Assembly: GCA_028534125.1 (NCBI GenBank)
Contig: CM052816.1
Span: forward strand, 8,620,001-8,684,000
Origin: Lama glama
Lineage: Eukaryota
Direction of reading: 5' to 3'
DNA: 64,000 bases
A model generated the notes under the pieces. It had not been told where the DNA came from and searched no databases. It worked only from the letters and a program-made list of their open reading frames with translations. Numbering within the stretch: the stretch's first letter is position 1; each line of letters begins with the position of its first letter. Made by a program: the position numbers and the translations under genes. Positions 51,745-64,000 of this stretch are shown here, piece after piece.

Positions 51745-52060
51745 CAGTCAACATACACTCTGGCAGAAGATGCAAAGAGGGGGCCTGCTGTGGCCCAATC
51801 TCCATACAGATTTCACACCAAAAATAAAAACAAACAAACAAAACCCTGGTTTCTGGCTTCTCTTGAAAAATCAGTCTGGCCCTCCTGGGCCCTCATTCTG
51901 ATGTGGCAACATTGGTTGAAGCCAAGAAGTTGCAAGGTCCTTTTGATTAAGTATGTACGCTCTGGTCCAACACAGTCCCCACCACTCCCTAACGTCTTTC
52001 ACCTGGCCCTTCCTCTCATCTGCACCACCAGCCTAGCACCGCAGGCATTTCAGTTTGACC
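51745..52060. mobile_element. hAT DNA transposon fragment (MER102-like)
   Basis: ggtttctggcttctcttgaaaaatcag...gtggcaacattgg...cagtccccaccactccct...gcatttcagtttgacc. Confidence 0.55.
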
Positions 52061-52103
52061 GGGTGACACCTCCCAGCCCTCTCTCAGCAGATGGGCAAAG
52101 CCC

Positions 52104-52122
52104 TGCTGCCACCTAGTGGTCA
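52104..52122 (-). promoter_or_regulatory. Candidate CTCF binding site
   Basis: Minus strand reads TGACCACTAGGTGGCAGCA, close to the CTCF core consensus. Confidence 0.6.
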
Positions 52123-53029
52123 CAGCTCACATGTTCCCTCACTACACAGCATGGATGCTCCGGTTGTCACCCACAACTGTTCACATCAAGTGTTTTATTT
52201 AATCTTCTTACTCACCCTGTGAGAAGAGGAATTGGACCCATTTTACAGATAAGAAAACAGAAAAGGGAAGTTCAGAAATTACCAGTAATAGAGAAGAGCA
52301 AGGTTAAGTGAACAGATTGTTCAGGATGCAAGCTCCTTGGGATGTTGTCAGGAGTGGCATCCAGCTCTTTCCTCACCCCTAGTCCAGGTATCTGAGTCTC
52401 TGTCCTGCCACAACAAGCCCTAAAATGACTCTTCCAAAATGGAAGGTAGGTCCTGGTGGAGGAAGCCAAGGACTCCTTAAGATAAGCTAGAACTCCACAG
52501 TGAGTACTTTGGGGCCAGCTGGGGAAGACAGGGAAGGCTTTGGGGTTCACCAAACTTCCTCACATGCAGAAACTATGATAAATGAGTTTTCAACATGCCT
52601 ATGGCCAAGTAGGCCTTGAGCTTAGGGGTTCTAAGGCTGAGCACTGGGCACTTCTCACACCACTACACTGCCTCCCCAGGCCTGAGAAGACCTCACTTCC
52701 TTTTTGCTTTCCCCAATCCTACCTATCCCACAAGGCCAGCACCTGCCCTGCTTCCTCCAGGAAGCCTCCCTGACCACCTCAGTGACTCCAAAGCTCCTCC
52801 TTGTCTGAGCACCTATAAGCCTGCTCCATTGCATTCTTCTGGGACTGACAGCATTCTGCCATCCAGTGCCAGGTAACTGCCTGATACTCATATGTCTTTT
52901 ACAGCTGGACGGGAGATTCCTTGGTGGCAGGCTTTGGTGTCCCATGTCCTCTGTGCTATTTATCTGAGCAATATGTATTGAACATTTATTTCTTGAGGCA
53001 CATACCTCGGAAGATTCTGGAATGAACCA

Positions 53030-53580
53030 GAACTTGCATCCTAAAATACAACCCTGGGTATGTCACTCCTCTGCTTCAAACCCTTTAGTGCCCCACTTCC
53101 ACTGCCCTCAGAATAAAATCCAAAGCTCCTTACCAGGCAGACTTTGTTAAGCCATTTCCACTGCACCCACCACCCCTACACACACCGTGTTCCAACTCTA
53201 CAGTTTCAGTTCCCTGACAAGCCTTGCTCTAACCTCTGGGCCTTTGCATGTGCCCTCCCTCCCACCTTCATCTAACCTGCCCATCAGGCCTCAGTTTGGC
53301 TATCACTTCTTCCAGGAAGCCCTCCTTAGCCACCAGGTCTGAGTCAGGAGCTGGTCCCTCTCCTGGACTATGATGGCGCCTGTTGCTACCCTAACACTTA
53401 CACTGCGTGTCACTGACTGTTGCCTTGTCTGCCTCCCTCATCAGACTGTGGGCTTTGAAACGGCACAGCCCTGGTCTGTCTGATGTTTCACTGCAGCCTT
53501 GGCAGCTAAGGCCAACTCCTAGAGGCACCAGAGATATACAGTAGATACTCATTAAATGAACACATGAATGAATGAGGTGC
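53030..53580 (+). mobile_element. L2 LINE 3' fragment
   Basis: atgtcactcctctgcttcaaaccc...cagactgtgggc...cagtagatactcattaaatgaacacatgaatgaatga. Confidence 0.7.
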
Positions 53581-53689
53581 CATTTTTATGCATAGCAAGT
53601 GTCCAATGAACAAACATCACACTGTGGCATGTGACTATACAATGGTTAGAGTCATACACATTCCAGAAACATTTTCATCTTTGAAGCCC

Positions 53690-53695
53690 TTTATT
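53690..53695 (-). terminator. ARHGEF37: Candidate ARHGEF37 polyadenylation signal
   Basis: Minus-strand AATAAA followed ~20 nt later by a GT-rich stretch (tgtttctggaatgtgtatg), implying a ~2.7 kb 3' UTR. Other AATAAA hexamers occur near 54137 and 54658. Confidence 0.5.
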
Positions 53696-54414
53696 CCCAG
53701 TAGTTCACATCAGTTACTCACCAAGCTAGAGTCTAACATATTAACCAAGAATTCACTCATCTTTCCTTTGATATTGTAATCTTGTCCTCAAGTCTAAAAC
53801 TAGGCTGGGGCCCAAAAGATTAAAGAAGTCTCACTCCATTGCAGGGAGCAAGGAGCACCCTTGTGAATCTGTCTTCAGTTCCTGAAAGTCTTGTTCAATT
53901 CACAGGCAAACATCTTAGCAAGTCTAGTATGTGACAGCCCAGCACTGAAATAAATAAGACACAGTGGAATGGTTCTAGGCATTTGGGGGGAAAGAAAGGC
54001 ACATTACACAGAGTCCCCTGGAGAAAATTCAGGCCGTTCTCCATCTTCTCAATATGCATTTTCTCACCCTTCAGTAATTTTTAATCTCATCCCCTGATGT
54101 ATGAGAAACCATAACCCATGTGCTACTGAATACATTTTTATTTTCCCTTCATGAGATAGATTTGGTTCCAAGTTATTTCAGTTTTCTCCCTTATACCTAC
54201 AAGAACATCCAATTTTGTTCAGGCCCCTTTTAATGGCACTTAATAAATATACATTCTGGGATCTGACAGGACAGGCTGTCCTATTTCAAACCACCTCTCA
54301 AGCTGCCTGTCTGAAACATGTGAGCAAGTACAAAGACCAGCTGGGGCACACCCTAGCTCACAGCTTGTGGCCATTTCTGACCCCAGGTCTGTCTTGCCCA
54401 CCACTGTGTGTCTA

Positions 54415-54592
54415 GGGCAGAGGTCGCCAACCCTGGCCACACACTAGAAATACTTGGGGAGCTTTCTGAATTCCTGAGGCCTGGGCCACACCTCAGACCA
54501 ATTATAACAGCATCTCTGGGTGGGATCCTGGCCTCAGTCCTAGTTGAAAGCTGTCCTGGTGACTGCTGTGGGCAGCCACGTTGAGAAGACCC
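54415..54592. mobile_element. MER5A-like DNA transposon in the ARHGEF37 3' UTR
   Basis: caaccctggccacacactagaaatacttggggagcttt...cagcatctctgggtggga...gcagccacgttgagaa. Confidence 0.65.
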
Positions 54593-56410
54593 CAAGCTAG
54601 GGTACTAGCACACAGAAGGCTCTTGTAAGTATTGTGGAACCATGGCTGGACTTCCTATTTTATTATCTGCTCCCCTGTGTTTCCTATTTTTATCAGAAAT
54701 CTGAGCAGGAAAGACAAAGGAAAATGAGTCACGAGCATTTTAGAGAGTGAATTTGGTCCTGGGAGAGGGATTGTGGGGACTGAGTTTCTCCTGCATTATG
54801 TATGCAGCCTTCACGCTTTCACAAGCCCAGAGGAGGTAAGTTACAGACTGTCTGACACAGACATGTATACACTTCTTAAAGGCTCTCCAAAAACCAGAGC
54901 TAACAGTTTTAGGCACTACAGTTATAATAATACAGAGATGTTCTTGGAATTAAATCTAAATTGCCACCTGTTTTCACACGTACTCTAACTTGGATTGGTT
55001 CCGAAATTTGTAATTGGTTTTTAAAGTCACACTGGACAACTTTTCCCTCTCCTATGAATCCTGCAATTTATCTGAGCCCAAAGAGACAACCTAGAGATAA
55101 TGATCCAACAGTGGCTGCACTCAAATTTTCCCCACCGAGTCAGTCTTCCTTGAAAAAGAACTGTTTTGAGGGGCTTTGCTTTCTAGGTTCTAGAAAAGGA
55201 TGACAGTAAGTTTGACCTCACGAAGTTTAAGAGTCTGGTGACCTAGCATGCAGCACTGAGAGAGATCCTTGGTTTATGGGAAAGGCTACCACATTGATTA
55301 ACAATGTTGGCCTTGGCCATGGGCATGGGGAATGGTCAACTGATGGCTGGGGACATCCTGAGACCACTTCTGGCACATCCTGCTACCCCTGGCAATTTAC
55401 ATTTATATCACACTTCACGATTTGCAAGGAGCTTCCACATCCTTTGTATGATGGCATTCTCACCACAAGCCTGTGAGTACGAACTTTATGGATGGGAAAA
55501 CTGAGGTTGCGCCCTATGTCTGAGGTCCTGCAGCCAACTAACGTAACCTCCACTGTTGCCTCAAGGCCCTCAGCAGCCTCCTGAAACCACCGGGGGTTCC
55601 CCTGGCCTCCCCTTCTTCCAGAAACAGGAAACCAAGTCATTACCCACCCACCAGGCCTTTAATTACCTGCTTCACAGAGTTTCCTCTGTGATTTGCATGC
55701 CCCCTTGTCCCCTAGTCCAGAGAACCCAGCAGCAGGGTACATCCCATCTGACACACCTGGAAAATTCCCTCTTCCTTGGAACAGCCTCTGCATTTGCCTA
55801 CACGCATTCCAGAACTGTGACTTGCTCACACCCACTCCCTGGCCCAGCCAAGAGCCTCCTGAGAACCCCTCAACTGCCCAACAAGCCCTCGATCCCAACT
55901 AGAGAGGGTTGTCAGGGGTTTACTGCCCATGATAACTCAGCTCCCAGCATGGAAAAATAAAAGCTCAGGTATCTGAGGACAGGTAGGAAGTATACTGTCA
56001 GGCCAGGCAGTTCTGGACTCTCCAGGGCCCCTCCCTGTAACCATACAGCACACAGGTTATGTTCACCTGGATGACCCACTCCTGTGGGCATGCCCAGACA
56101 TGGGCACAGGTAAGACTGGCCATAGGCTATAGCAAGTCCTAGCCGATCGGCTGTGACCTGGCACCCAGGGTGCTGTGACTCCAGGTTGGAACACCCTCTT
56201 CACGCAGACAGAATGAGCTGTCCTGATGGGAGCACTTCATGCCCACGCCAGGCACTCTGTAAGGCCCACCCACCTCTTCTGGCTGCTTTCTGGGTGCCCT
56301 TCACCCCACCGTGGCTTGATCTCTCCTTAAACCTCTGCCTTCTCTTTGCTTTACCCTTTTGGGGTCACAGCCTCTAAGCCTCTTGGAACATGGGCTCCAA
56401 GGAGGGAACC

Positions 56411-56620
56411 CTAAGAGGGCAGACTCCAGCCCCACGGAGCTGGGCTTGGGGCCCTGGCAAGGAAGCTGGAAGGTACGTAGCCCCTCTGTCCGTTCACTTC
56501 CACAAGGCTCCATTCTGGGTTCCCCTTCTTGTCCTGGGCCTCCAGGACAGTCACCCGCTGGCCTGCCTGTAGACTCACTTCATGGCTGCTTCTGGCCACA
56601 AAGGGATACACTGCCACCAC
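56411..56620 (-). CDS. ARHGEF37: ARHGEF37 last coding exon (second SH3 domain and stop)
   Basis: Acceptor tgtttcag|[75 protein letters not shown] at 56411-56413. Confidence 0.95.
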   Translation of the reverse strand: MVAVYPFVARSSHEVSLQAGQRVTVLEAQDKKGNPEWSLVEVNGQRGYVPSSFLARAPSPAPWGWSLPS

Positions 56621-57435
56621 CTGAAACACATGGAGAGTGACACAGAAGTGGTCAGGGTGGGAGGACAAACAAACTGAACCAGAGAAGCTATTTATCCTCT
56701 TCCCTTCCCCCACCCCCACCCCTCGCTTCAGTTCTGATTGCTGGGCAGTCATCGCCTCCCACATACATCCTCTGTCCAAAGACAATGGCTACTCCCACTG
56801 CTTCCACTAATACCTACTATGTGGCATGCTCTCTGCCTGGTTTTGATTTCCACAATTCTGCAATTCCATTTGCCCCATTTTTCAGAAAAGGAAATTGAGA
56901 CTCAGAGAAGTCAAGGAACTTATTCAAATGAAATCACACAGCAGGGCAGCCAGGCCTGTCTGACCTCAGAAGGTCAGAAGGGGGGCTCTCAGTCCACTGC
57001 TGCCATCTCACTGAGCAGAGGAATCGGTACTCCCTCCCCAGATCAAAGGGTGTCATCTGCCCAGGTCAGTTTCCCAGCTTGGAGGAGAAACAGGAGGTTG
57101 AGCGACACCTTTATTCATATGATTATTAATTGCTGTTTTCCCCATCCCCAGATTATAAATTTGAGGAAGGCAAGGGCCAAGGTTGTCTTTTCATCATTTT
57201 TATCATTCATCTAGCACAGTGCCTGTGAATATTGAATGCAGGAATGAATGCATGAATGAATGAACAAATGAATCCTACTTGCTCTGCTGATAGGGAGCGA
57301 GGGGTCAGCTCTCGGCTGTTGACATGGCAGGGATGATCAGACCCTGGCCTCACAGAGTGGTAGCTCCCCCAGACAGGAGGAAAATCAAAGCCCTAGTCCA
57401 GGTGGCCATGACCCCCACCCCTCTCCCAGACTCAC

Positions 57436-57593
57436 CTGGGTCATGGTTGGGACAGAGGGGACTGGGGCTGGGGTGGGCTCTGGTGTCAGATGTCGGGAGT
57501 TCTCGTGAGGCCTTGTTTGCCCTCTGAGGTCTTCCTCACTGGGGACCACACGGTACAGCTCCAGTTTCCCAGCTGGCACGTACCCTCGATGTC
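57436..57593 (-). CDS. ARHGEF37: ARHGEF37 penultimate coding exon (end of first SH3 and linker)
   Basis: Acceptor cctacag|GA (phase 1); (G)[22 protein letters not shown]...PTMTQ; donor CAG|gtgagt (phase 0). Confidence 0.93.
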
Positions 57594-59100
57594 CTGTAGG
57601 ACATGCAGAACATTATCTGGCTGCAGATCGCCTTCCCCATCCCTTTTAGTGGTAGAGGAAGTCACTATCATTCATGGACATGACTACTTCCAATATAGCT
57701 TCTTGCACTAAAGTGGACCTCAAGAGGTCATCTAGGAACTTCACAAACCTACCCACTCCACCCCACACTCACTGTTTCCAGCTTTTGCTTGCTCATCCCC
57801 AGTGACAGGGAGCTCATCCCCTGCAGAGGCAGCCCACACCATTTTGAACAGCTCTGGCAGAGATAAAAAGTTCTTCCTCAGACTGGTGGGGAAACTATTT
57901 TCCTGGTGCTGGCACCACGGGTCCCCTTTCCAACCAGTGCTGCTTCCTCACCCCAGGACAGCCTTTCCCAGGAGGCAGAAACTGCCCTTCTCTTCTCCAA
58001 GTGCTCCCAGCTCCGTCTCCTGTAGGAGCTATTCCACTAGTGTTCTAACTGCTGTCAACGTGAATGGCCGTCACTTCTCCAGGGCTTGCTCAGTACCAAA
58101 ACAGGCATCTGATTATCCAGTCTTCACATCAACTCTCGAGATTAGAATTGTTATCTCCATTTTATGGCCAAGCCAACCGAGCTCAGAGAGGCTCCATAAC
58201 TCCTCCAGGATCACGTAGTCAGTAAAATGCTGGAGTTGGGAGCCAAACCTGGTCCTCATGACCCCAGGGGCTTTGTTTTCATCCCCATTCAGCTATTTTT
58301 CAACTTGAGTCAGGAGACTGTTTTTCATGATTTTTGTCAGATTTGTATCATCTTCTTAATTTTTTAATAAGCTTACTTTTTAAAACTTAGTGTTGTACAA
58401 TATAATTGTGAATAAAATCAGGTGTTTCTGTACTAGTTATATTTTTTCTAATACACATTAAAGTACTGAATTATAATAAACTGTCTGAAGGGTGAAAAAC
58501 TATCTGTAGACCCCCTCCCAATAATCCTGTGTAGCCTTCATCTTGTGGGTCACATGCCCCTCTGTGGAAGACACTCTGCTGGGCCACCTTCTCTTGGGTT
58601 CATGGTACCCCTTGCCTCCAGACCTGCTCCCTCCTGGGACCCTGAGCAGCATACCCAGGGGTGTGACCAGTGCAGAGGGGGCAGGATGACACCTCCCTCA
58701 TTCTGGAAATCAGATGTCTGTCCACACAGCAGAGATCCAAACATCCTTTTTCTGCATATCTCCATCTTTCAAGGTGATGCTGAAGTTCTTTCCCCATATC
58801 TCTGTCTACACCAACGATCTATGAAGTCCCCAAGGTATGGTCTTTGTCTTCCTTACACAGCGCCCAGCACATAATAGGTGCTCGATGACAGATGTTGCAA
58901 CGTAAGACTAAATTTCTTTTTGGTATTTCGTGCAACACACTAAGCCAGCTGCACCCTAAGCCCTCCACGTTCACCTGTGTTCGTTCTCATCCTGTCTTTG
59001 CTCAGCTAGACTTTGGCCTACAAGAGTGCTGTGTCTCCCCACTGGCTCCCATTGGGAGGTTTTCCCTGAGTAGGGGAAGGGCTCACAAAGTCCTACTTAC

Positions 59101-59296
59101 CTCCGGTGTCCACCAGCCAACGGCCACTGTTGCCTTTGGTGTCCTTGTTTTGAAGGAGGGCCACAATGTGACCCCGAGGCAGTGTCAGGTCCAGAGCCCC
59201 AGCCCCACTGATGTTGCTTGTCACCTGGTACAGCTTTCCCAGACCATACTTGCTCAGGAGAGCCTGCACTTGGCGTTCAGCCCCGGGCAGGAGTGG
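59101..59296 (-). CDS. ARHGEF37: ARHGEF37 coding exon (first SH3 domain)
   Basis: Acceptor tctcccag|[68 protein letters not shown]; donor G|gtaagt (phase 1) matches the next exon. Confidence 0.93.
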
Positions 59297-61723
59297 CTGG
59301 GAGAGACAGACACGAGTGTTTGAGCTGGCATGTCAAAGCTGGTGTCAATGTTGGCCCACGTGCTCACAGCCAGGAACCCCACCTCTGCCGCCAATCAGCC
59401 CATCCCCAGTGGGGCAACAGTCTCCTCACTAACAGATGGCTGGACTGGATGAAAAACAATGCTCTTAATACCCAAATGCATCTCGAAAGAAATGTCTAAT
59501 TTAACCTCTAAAATACCTCCCTGGTCTAAACTTCTGGGGTTTTCTAAAATTCTAATTCAGCTTCTGAACTTCTCAGTTACAGAACTCCAGGACTGAGCCC
59601 TAAACTCTGCCCAGGGCATCAAACTAAATTTTCCCACAGAAAAATGCCTTACACATGTCTTTCAACCCCAATGAGCAAGACTATGAGGTTCATGTGGGCA
59701 CCAGGCCTTACTCACCTGGCATCTTAAACCGCCAGCACACACATGTGAACAAAGGGAATGCAGTCTTTTATTCCATGGGTTTTGAGTTTGTAGGTATTTA
59801 TTGAGACCCTACTGTGCACGAGGCACAGTAAGCTTTGTGAATGGCACAGCAGAAACAGAGGAGAGAGTCTTTCCCTGATGGAAATTGCCACCTAGCTGGG
59901 GAGAATGATTCAGTGCACGTTCAGCGCATCCAAAAATCTCCTGGCATTGCCTTTGTTTTTTCATTCACTGCTTCCAGCAAAAGTATCAACAAGAAGGGAC
60001 TCAGATGATTGTCCCCTTTTTGAAAAACAAAGAAGAAACTAAAAATGTTGAATATAGATTTATTACATATTTTCTCTCACTGTATAGATACCTATGGACA
60101 TATATATATTCACCATGTTCTATATGGTTATTTCCGGGTGGGGAGGTGCTGAGTGTAGGGAGGTAGGCAGAGATGCTTTTCAGGGGCATTTGGGCCCAGA
60201 CTCTGCCATTACCCCTCCTCCAATGGATTCCGGAGTCAGGATCAAAGACCAGAAGAACCCAAGGTTCCCAAACAGGCCCTTCAATGGAAGTGTAGAGACA
60301 GGGTAGTTTTTTTTTTTTTCCAGAATGGTGATGTTAACATGAGTAGCAAACACTTGCCTTCTTTCTCAAATCTCTGCCCCTACCTGTGCAGAGAACAGCA
60401 GCACTCCCTGGGGGGGACCGGAGGAGGCCTGTAAAGATCTCACTGGGACTGCTCCTGTCCTGGGTGGTCACCTCACTTCTGTGGGTTCTGCACCCTTAGC
60501 CAAATAACTCAGAAATTTATAGGTGTGTGTGTTACCGCGGTGGGTGGGAGGGGAGAAGGGGACGAGGCGGGTCTCTTTTCCTATCAATCTGCAACGCACA
60601 CTGGGACTGTGCTGTTCCCAGTTGTTTCTTGTTCTTATTTTTCTGCATCTTCTCTCTTTTTCTACAGTTGGGCATGGAGTGCTTTTCCAATAAGAGAAAT
60701 GCTATTTTGTCTTAAGCAGAAAAAGATAAGCGTTTCTATGACTCATTTGAGCGGCCGCTCTGTTCTTCCTTTTCTGCACCTTTCCTCTCCCCAAGCTGCA
60801 GGGCCTGTGCGGCAGCCCCGATCAGTCCTCTGCGGAGGCGTCTCAGCGTGGGCAAGCAAGTGGGGACAGCGGTGGCCCCAGGGGGACTCCACCTCCGCTT
60901 GGAGCTCACAACATCTTTAATGGTCTCTGACGTCCTCTGCACTCAGCTCAGGTGCGAAGCCCACCGTATCTGCCCAGCTCTGCCGGGCTCCTTTTCTGTT
61001 CGTCTGTGTCTCTGGGGCCCCCTTCTCCCTTCTGGGGACTCTTGGAGCTTTCTCCGGACCCTTCACTTCACATCTCACATGCGACTGAACACACAGGTTC
61101 AGTTTTCTCAAACTGAGTTTTCATCATACTCTGGGAACTCCTTCTCCCTTCATCTACTTCAGTTACTTTAAAAAATATACATGATCGTCTATATATTCTT
61201 CAAGTGGACCGCAATTTTAGACAAAAATACTTGGCTGAAAAAAAAGCCTTTGGACGGCCAAAGTTTTGTAAACCATAACACAGCTAAAATACTGTCTTTT
61301 GCAATTAAAAATTCCATAGCAAAAAGAACACTTATATGACTTCTTATTCAAACTTTTTATTCATTCTGAGTGCAGGTTCTATGAGAAGGTGATGAGAAAA
61401 CAAGGTAAATTTTGAAGAAAAATTTGAAGAAGTTCCAGGTTTCAGGATGTTAATGGCACTCATCCATTATCATGTCTGCTTTTACTTAATATTAAAATTT
61501 CTTATTCTTGACCTAAACCTTCTGTTCTGCTCTTATGCTTACTGGCCATGAAGAGCACGTGCGTGCATGCATGCGTGTGTGTGTGAACCCCACCCCCAGC
61601 TCACAGAGGAAAGACAGACAGAAAGGCAACATGTTCCCGGAGTAACAGGGAACACTGGGAAAAGAAAAGGGAAAGGAAATAGGGTGTTGACTTTACCCCC
61701 ACTGGCAGGTGAGAGACACTTAC

Positions 61724-61852
61724 TTGTGTGGTAGGAGGTGGCAGCACCTTCTCGAAGTTCTCTTGAAAGGAACGAAGCTGGTGACCAGCCTGGCCCAGTG
61801 CATCCTCCACCAGCTTCCTGAAGGCTGGCTCAGCCATGTGGTGGTGGGGCAG
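61724..61852 (-). CDS. ARHGEF37: ARHGEF37 coding exon (end of BAR region)
   Basis: Acceptor ccacacag|[46 protein letters not shown]; donor CAA|gtaagt; 129 nt, phase 0/0. Confidence 0.9.
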
Positions 61853-61944
61853 CTGTGTGGGGACAGACAATGTCATCAGAGCTTTCCTTGGGTGAGGGGA
61901 GAGAGGGGACAGGGAGATGCTGACAGCCACACTCTAGCCCCAGA

Positions 61945-62470
61945 TGTGTTAGGATGTTATTTGATTATCTGTTGTTTCAGACTGGCTACTGCCCCACTTT
62001 CCTTTAAGAAAGTGTCCCTCTATGGGGGTCCAGTGGTATTGCCCCTCCTGGTGATCTGGCCACAGGACTGGCCATCAGGGCATCCCCTCTCCTATCCACT
62101 GTGATTGGTCAGGGACTGGACAATGGACCCAAGCAAGGCCAGTTGAAATCCTCCTATGAGATTTAGTGCATGAAAGCTGAGAACAAGAGGGTGACTCTTC
62201 CTTTAGATTCTGAGATGTAACGGTACATACTTGGAGCTGTTGGGAGCCGCCTTCTCCCACCATGCAGAAAAGGCCTCCTTGACAATAAAGCTAACCTGGA
62301 GAGGAAAACAGCTGGGAGATGGAGTGAAAGTCAGTCCCCCGAAAACACTGTTTGTACTGAATGCAACCAGGCCTGACTTGACACCCTCCTGGTAACCCTT
62401 CCAGTTATGAAGTCAGTATGTTCTTCTTTATGTCTAAGCTGGTCTGGAACCTGAGGAGTTCTGAGTGATG
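61945..62470. mobile_element. MLT1-type LTR in an ARHGEF37 intron
   Basis: gtgattggtcagggactggacaatggacccaagc...cccttccagttatgaagtcagtatgttcttc. Confidence 0.6.
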
Positions 62471-63699
62471 CTCCATCCTGAGACCTTGGCTCTGTTAGGC
62501 GTCTTCTGTATTCCCATCAGACAGCCTTGGAGTAAGGAAGGCCCCAGAGCCAACAGAGACATGTCCTCTCTGATTGTCAGCAAAGTCGCAGCTCTTGGTT
62601 CTAACTTAGCGCCTTTCCCCCATCCACAGGATGCAGACAGATTGAGTTCTACTATGTTGGCCTTTCCCAGGCTCCACAGGACTGGTCCAGCTGAATGGGC
62701 AAGGGAACACTGACAAGGAAGCTGGCATCAGTCATTGACAGGCCCTAACATTCTGTATATAGGACCAACCAAGAAATACCCTCTTTCTGTTCTTATAAAG
62801 TTACCCCCCCCCCGTTACTGCATCCTAGAACACTCCCCGGCCCTGCATGTCTCAGTCAATACACAAGGAGGTCTGGCCACCCTGCAGACAGCGCTAGAAG
62901 GTAGGAGGAGAATGAAAAGATCATCTAATCAGATTTACCCTCTGCCTTCAGGAAAGAGAAGTGCAGGTGGTTCAGGCTTCATTCAAAAAGAGTGTCTGAG
63001 ACAGAACTCTGTACTAAATGTTGTGAGGGCCAAAAGGAAGAAAAGCCCATAGTTCTGGCTCTCCTCAAAGAAGGGAAACAGCTTCATCCAACATCCCAGC
63101 AGGAGGAAGTCTCTGATAAATGTTGCTGGAACAGAGGATGGTGAGATGGGTTCTCCCCATCAGGGGAGGAGGGATTCTGAGAGCTTCATGGAGAGACTCG
63201 TTCATCTGTCGCGTACTTGTGGAAGTCTTACCTTATGCCAGGCAGTGTGAAAGGCATGGGGGTGACAGGGAGGGGCATTCTAGGCCGAGGAAGGAGTCTG
63301 TGCAAAGGGACTGTGGTCACATTCAGAAGCACTGGGCTGGAAGTTGAGGCTACAGTCATAGAGCGGGACTATGGGCTGGAAAGGCAGTAACAGTGGGGTA
63401 AATTTTGGAGGAATTTTCATGAAACAAACTGGATGGGGAAAGTTGAGCTGGGAAATGGGAAGCACAGGAGACAGCATGCAGTATGAGGAATACTGAAATT
63501 GCTCTAGGGCTGAGATTCACAGGCCATTTAGCTCTGGTATCAACATCAGAGACAGTTTTAAAAGCAGTTAACTAAGTACTCTTTCCTATACTAACCCCAG
63601 TCTTCAAAATTCTAAAATCAAAGTTTGCATTTGGAGGTTTGTCTAAACCTCATTGTGACCTATTTATGCTTTCAGCAGACGGCTCCTCTTACAGGAATT

Positions 63700-63940
63700 A
63701 CGGTTCAGAACCCAGGCTCTGGAGTTGAACTGCCATGATTCAAATTGCACTACTAGCTGTGTGGCCTTGAACAAGCTGCTTAACCTCTCTGTGCCCTCAG
63801 CTTCCTTTTGAAATGAGGATAACAATAACACCTCCTCTGTAGGATTACTGTGAGGATTAAGTGAGATAATACATGGAAGGTACTCAGTAAATACACTTAC
63901 CGGAGCACAGTAAATGTTCACAAGGAGGCAGCTACTACAA
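63700..63940 (+). mobile_element. MIR SINE
   Basis: ggctctggagttgaactgcc...tactagctgtgtggccttgaacaagctgcttaacctctctgtgccctcag. Confidence 0.8.
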
Positions 63941-64000
63941 TTAGTAACAGTGGCAGGAACATCAGCTTGAAACAATTACTCCTGATGTGTAGAAGAGACC

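Noticed and set aside
1..64000. CRISPR arrays, operons or other prokaryote-type systems
   Set aside because: The sequence is intron-containing mammalian DNA and I saw no repeat-spacer arrays.

Overview
Mammalian genomic DNA, very likely camelid, judged from several Vic-1-like tRNA-derived SINEs. Both recognisable genes are on the minus strand. At the left are the CpG-island promoter and first coding exon of PPARGC1B (PGC-1beta; CDS 2133-2210, [26 protein letters not shown]), with intron 1 running off the left edge. At the right are the last four coding exons and probable 3' UTR of ARHGEF37 (end of the BAR region plus two SH3 domains; 56411-61852). The gene order matches human synteny. The ~51 kb between them is mostly interspersed repeats (L1, L2, MIR, MaLR LTRs, hAT MERs, SINEs) plus a 500-N assembly gap; repeat boundaries and subfamilies were called by eye and are approximate. 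Nearly all ORFs in the supplied track are spurious. The least-explained element is an orphan CpG-rich block at ~47.8-48.6 kb. It has CCAAT and GC boxes, a YY1 site, candidate splice sites, an 81-codon open terminal exon and a poly(A) signal, so it is a candidate unannotated transcription unit. I found no convincing evidence of a novel multi-gene system.
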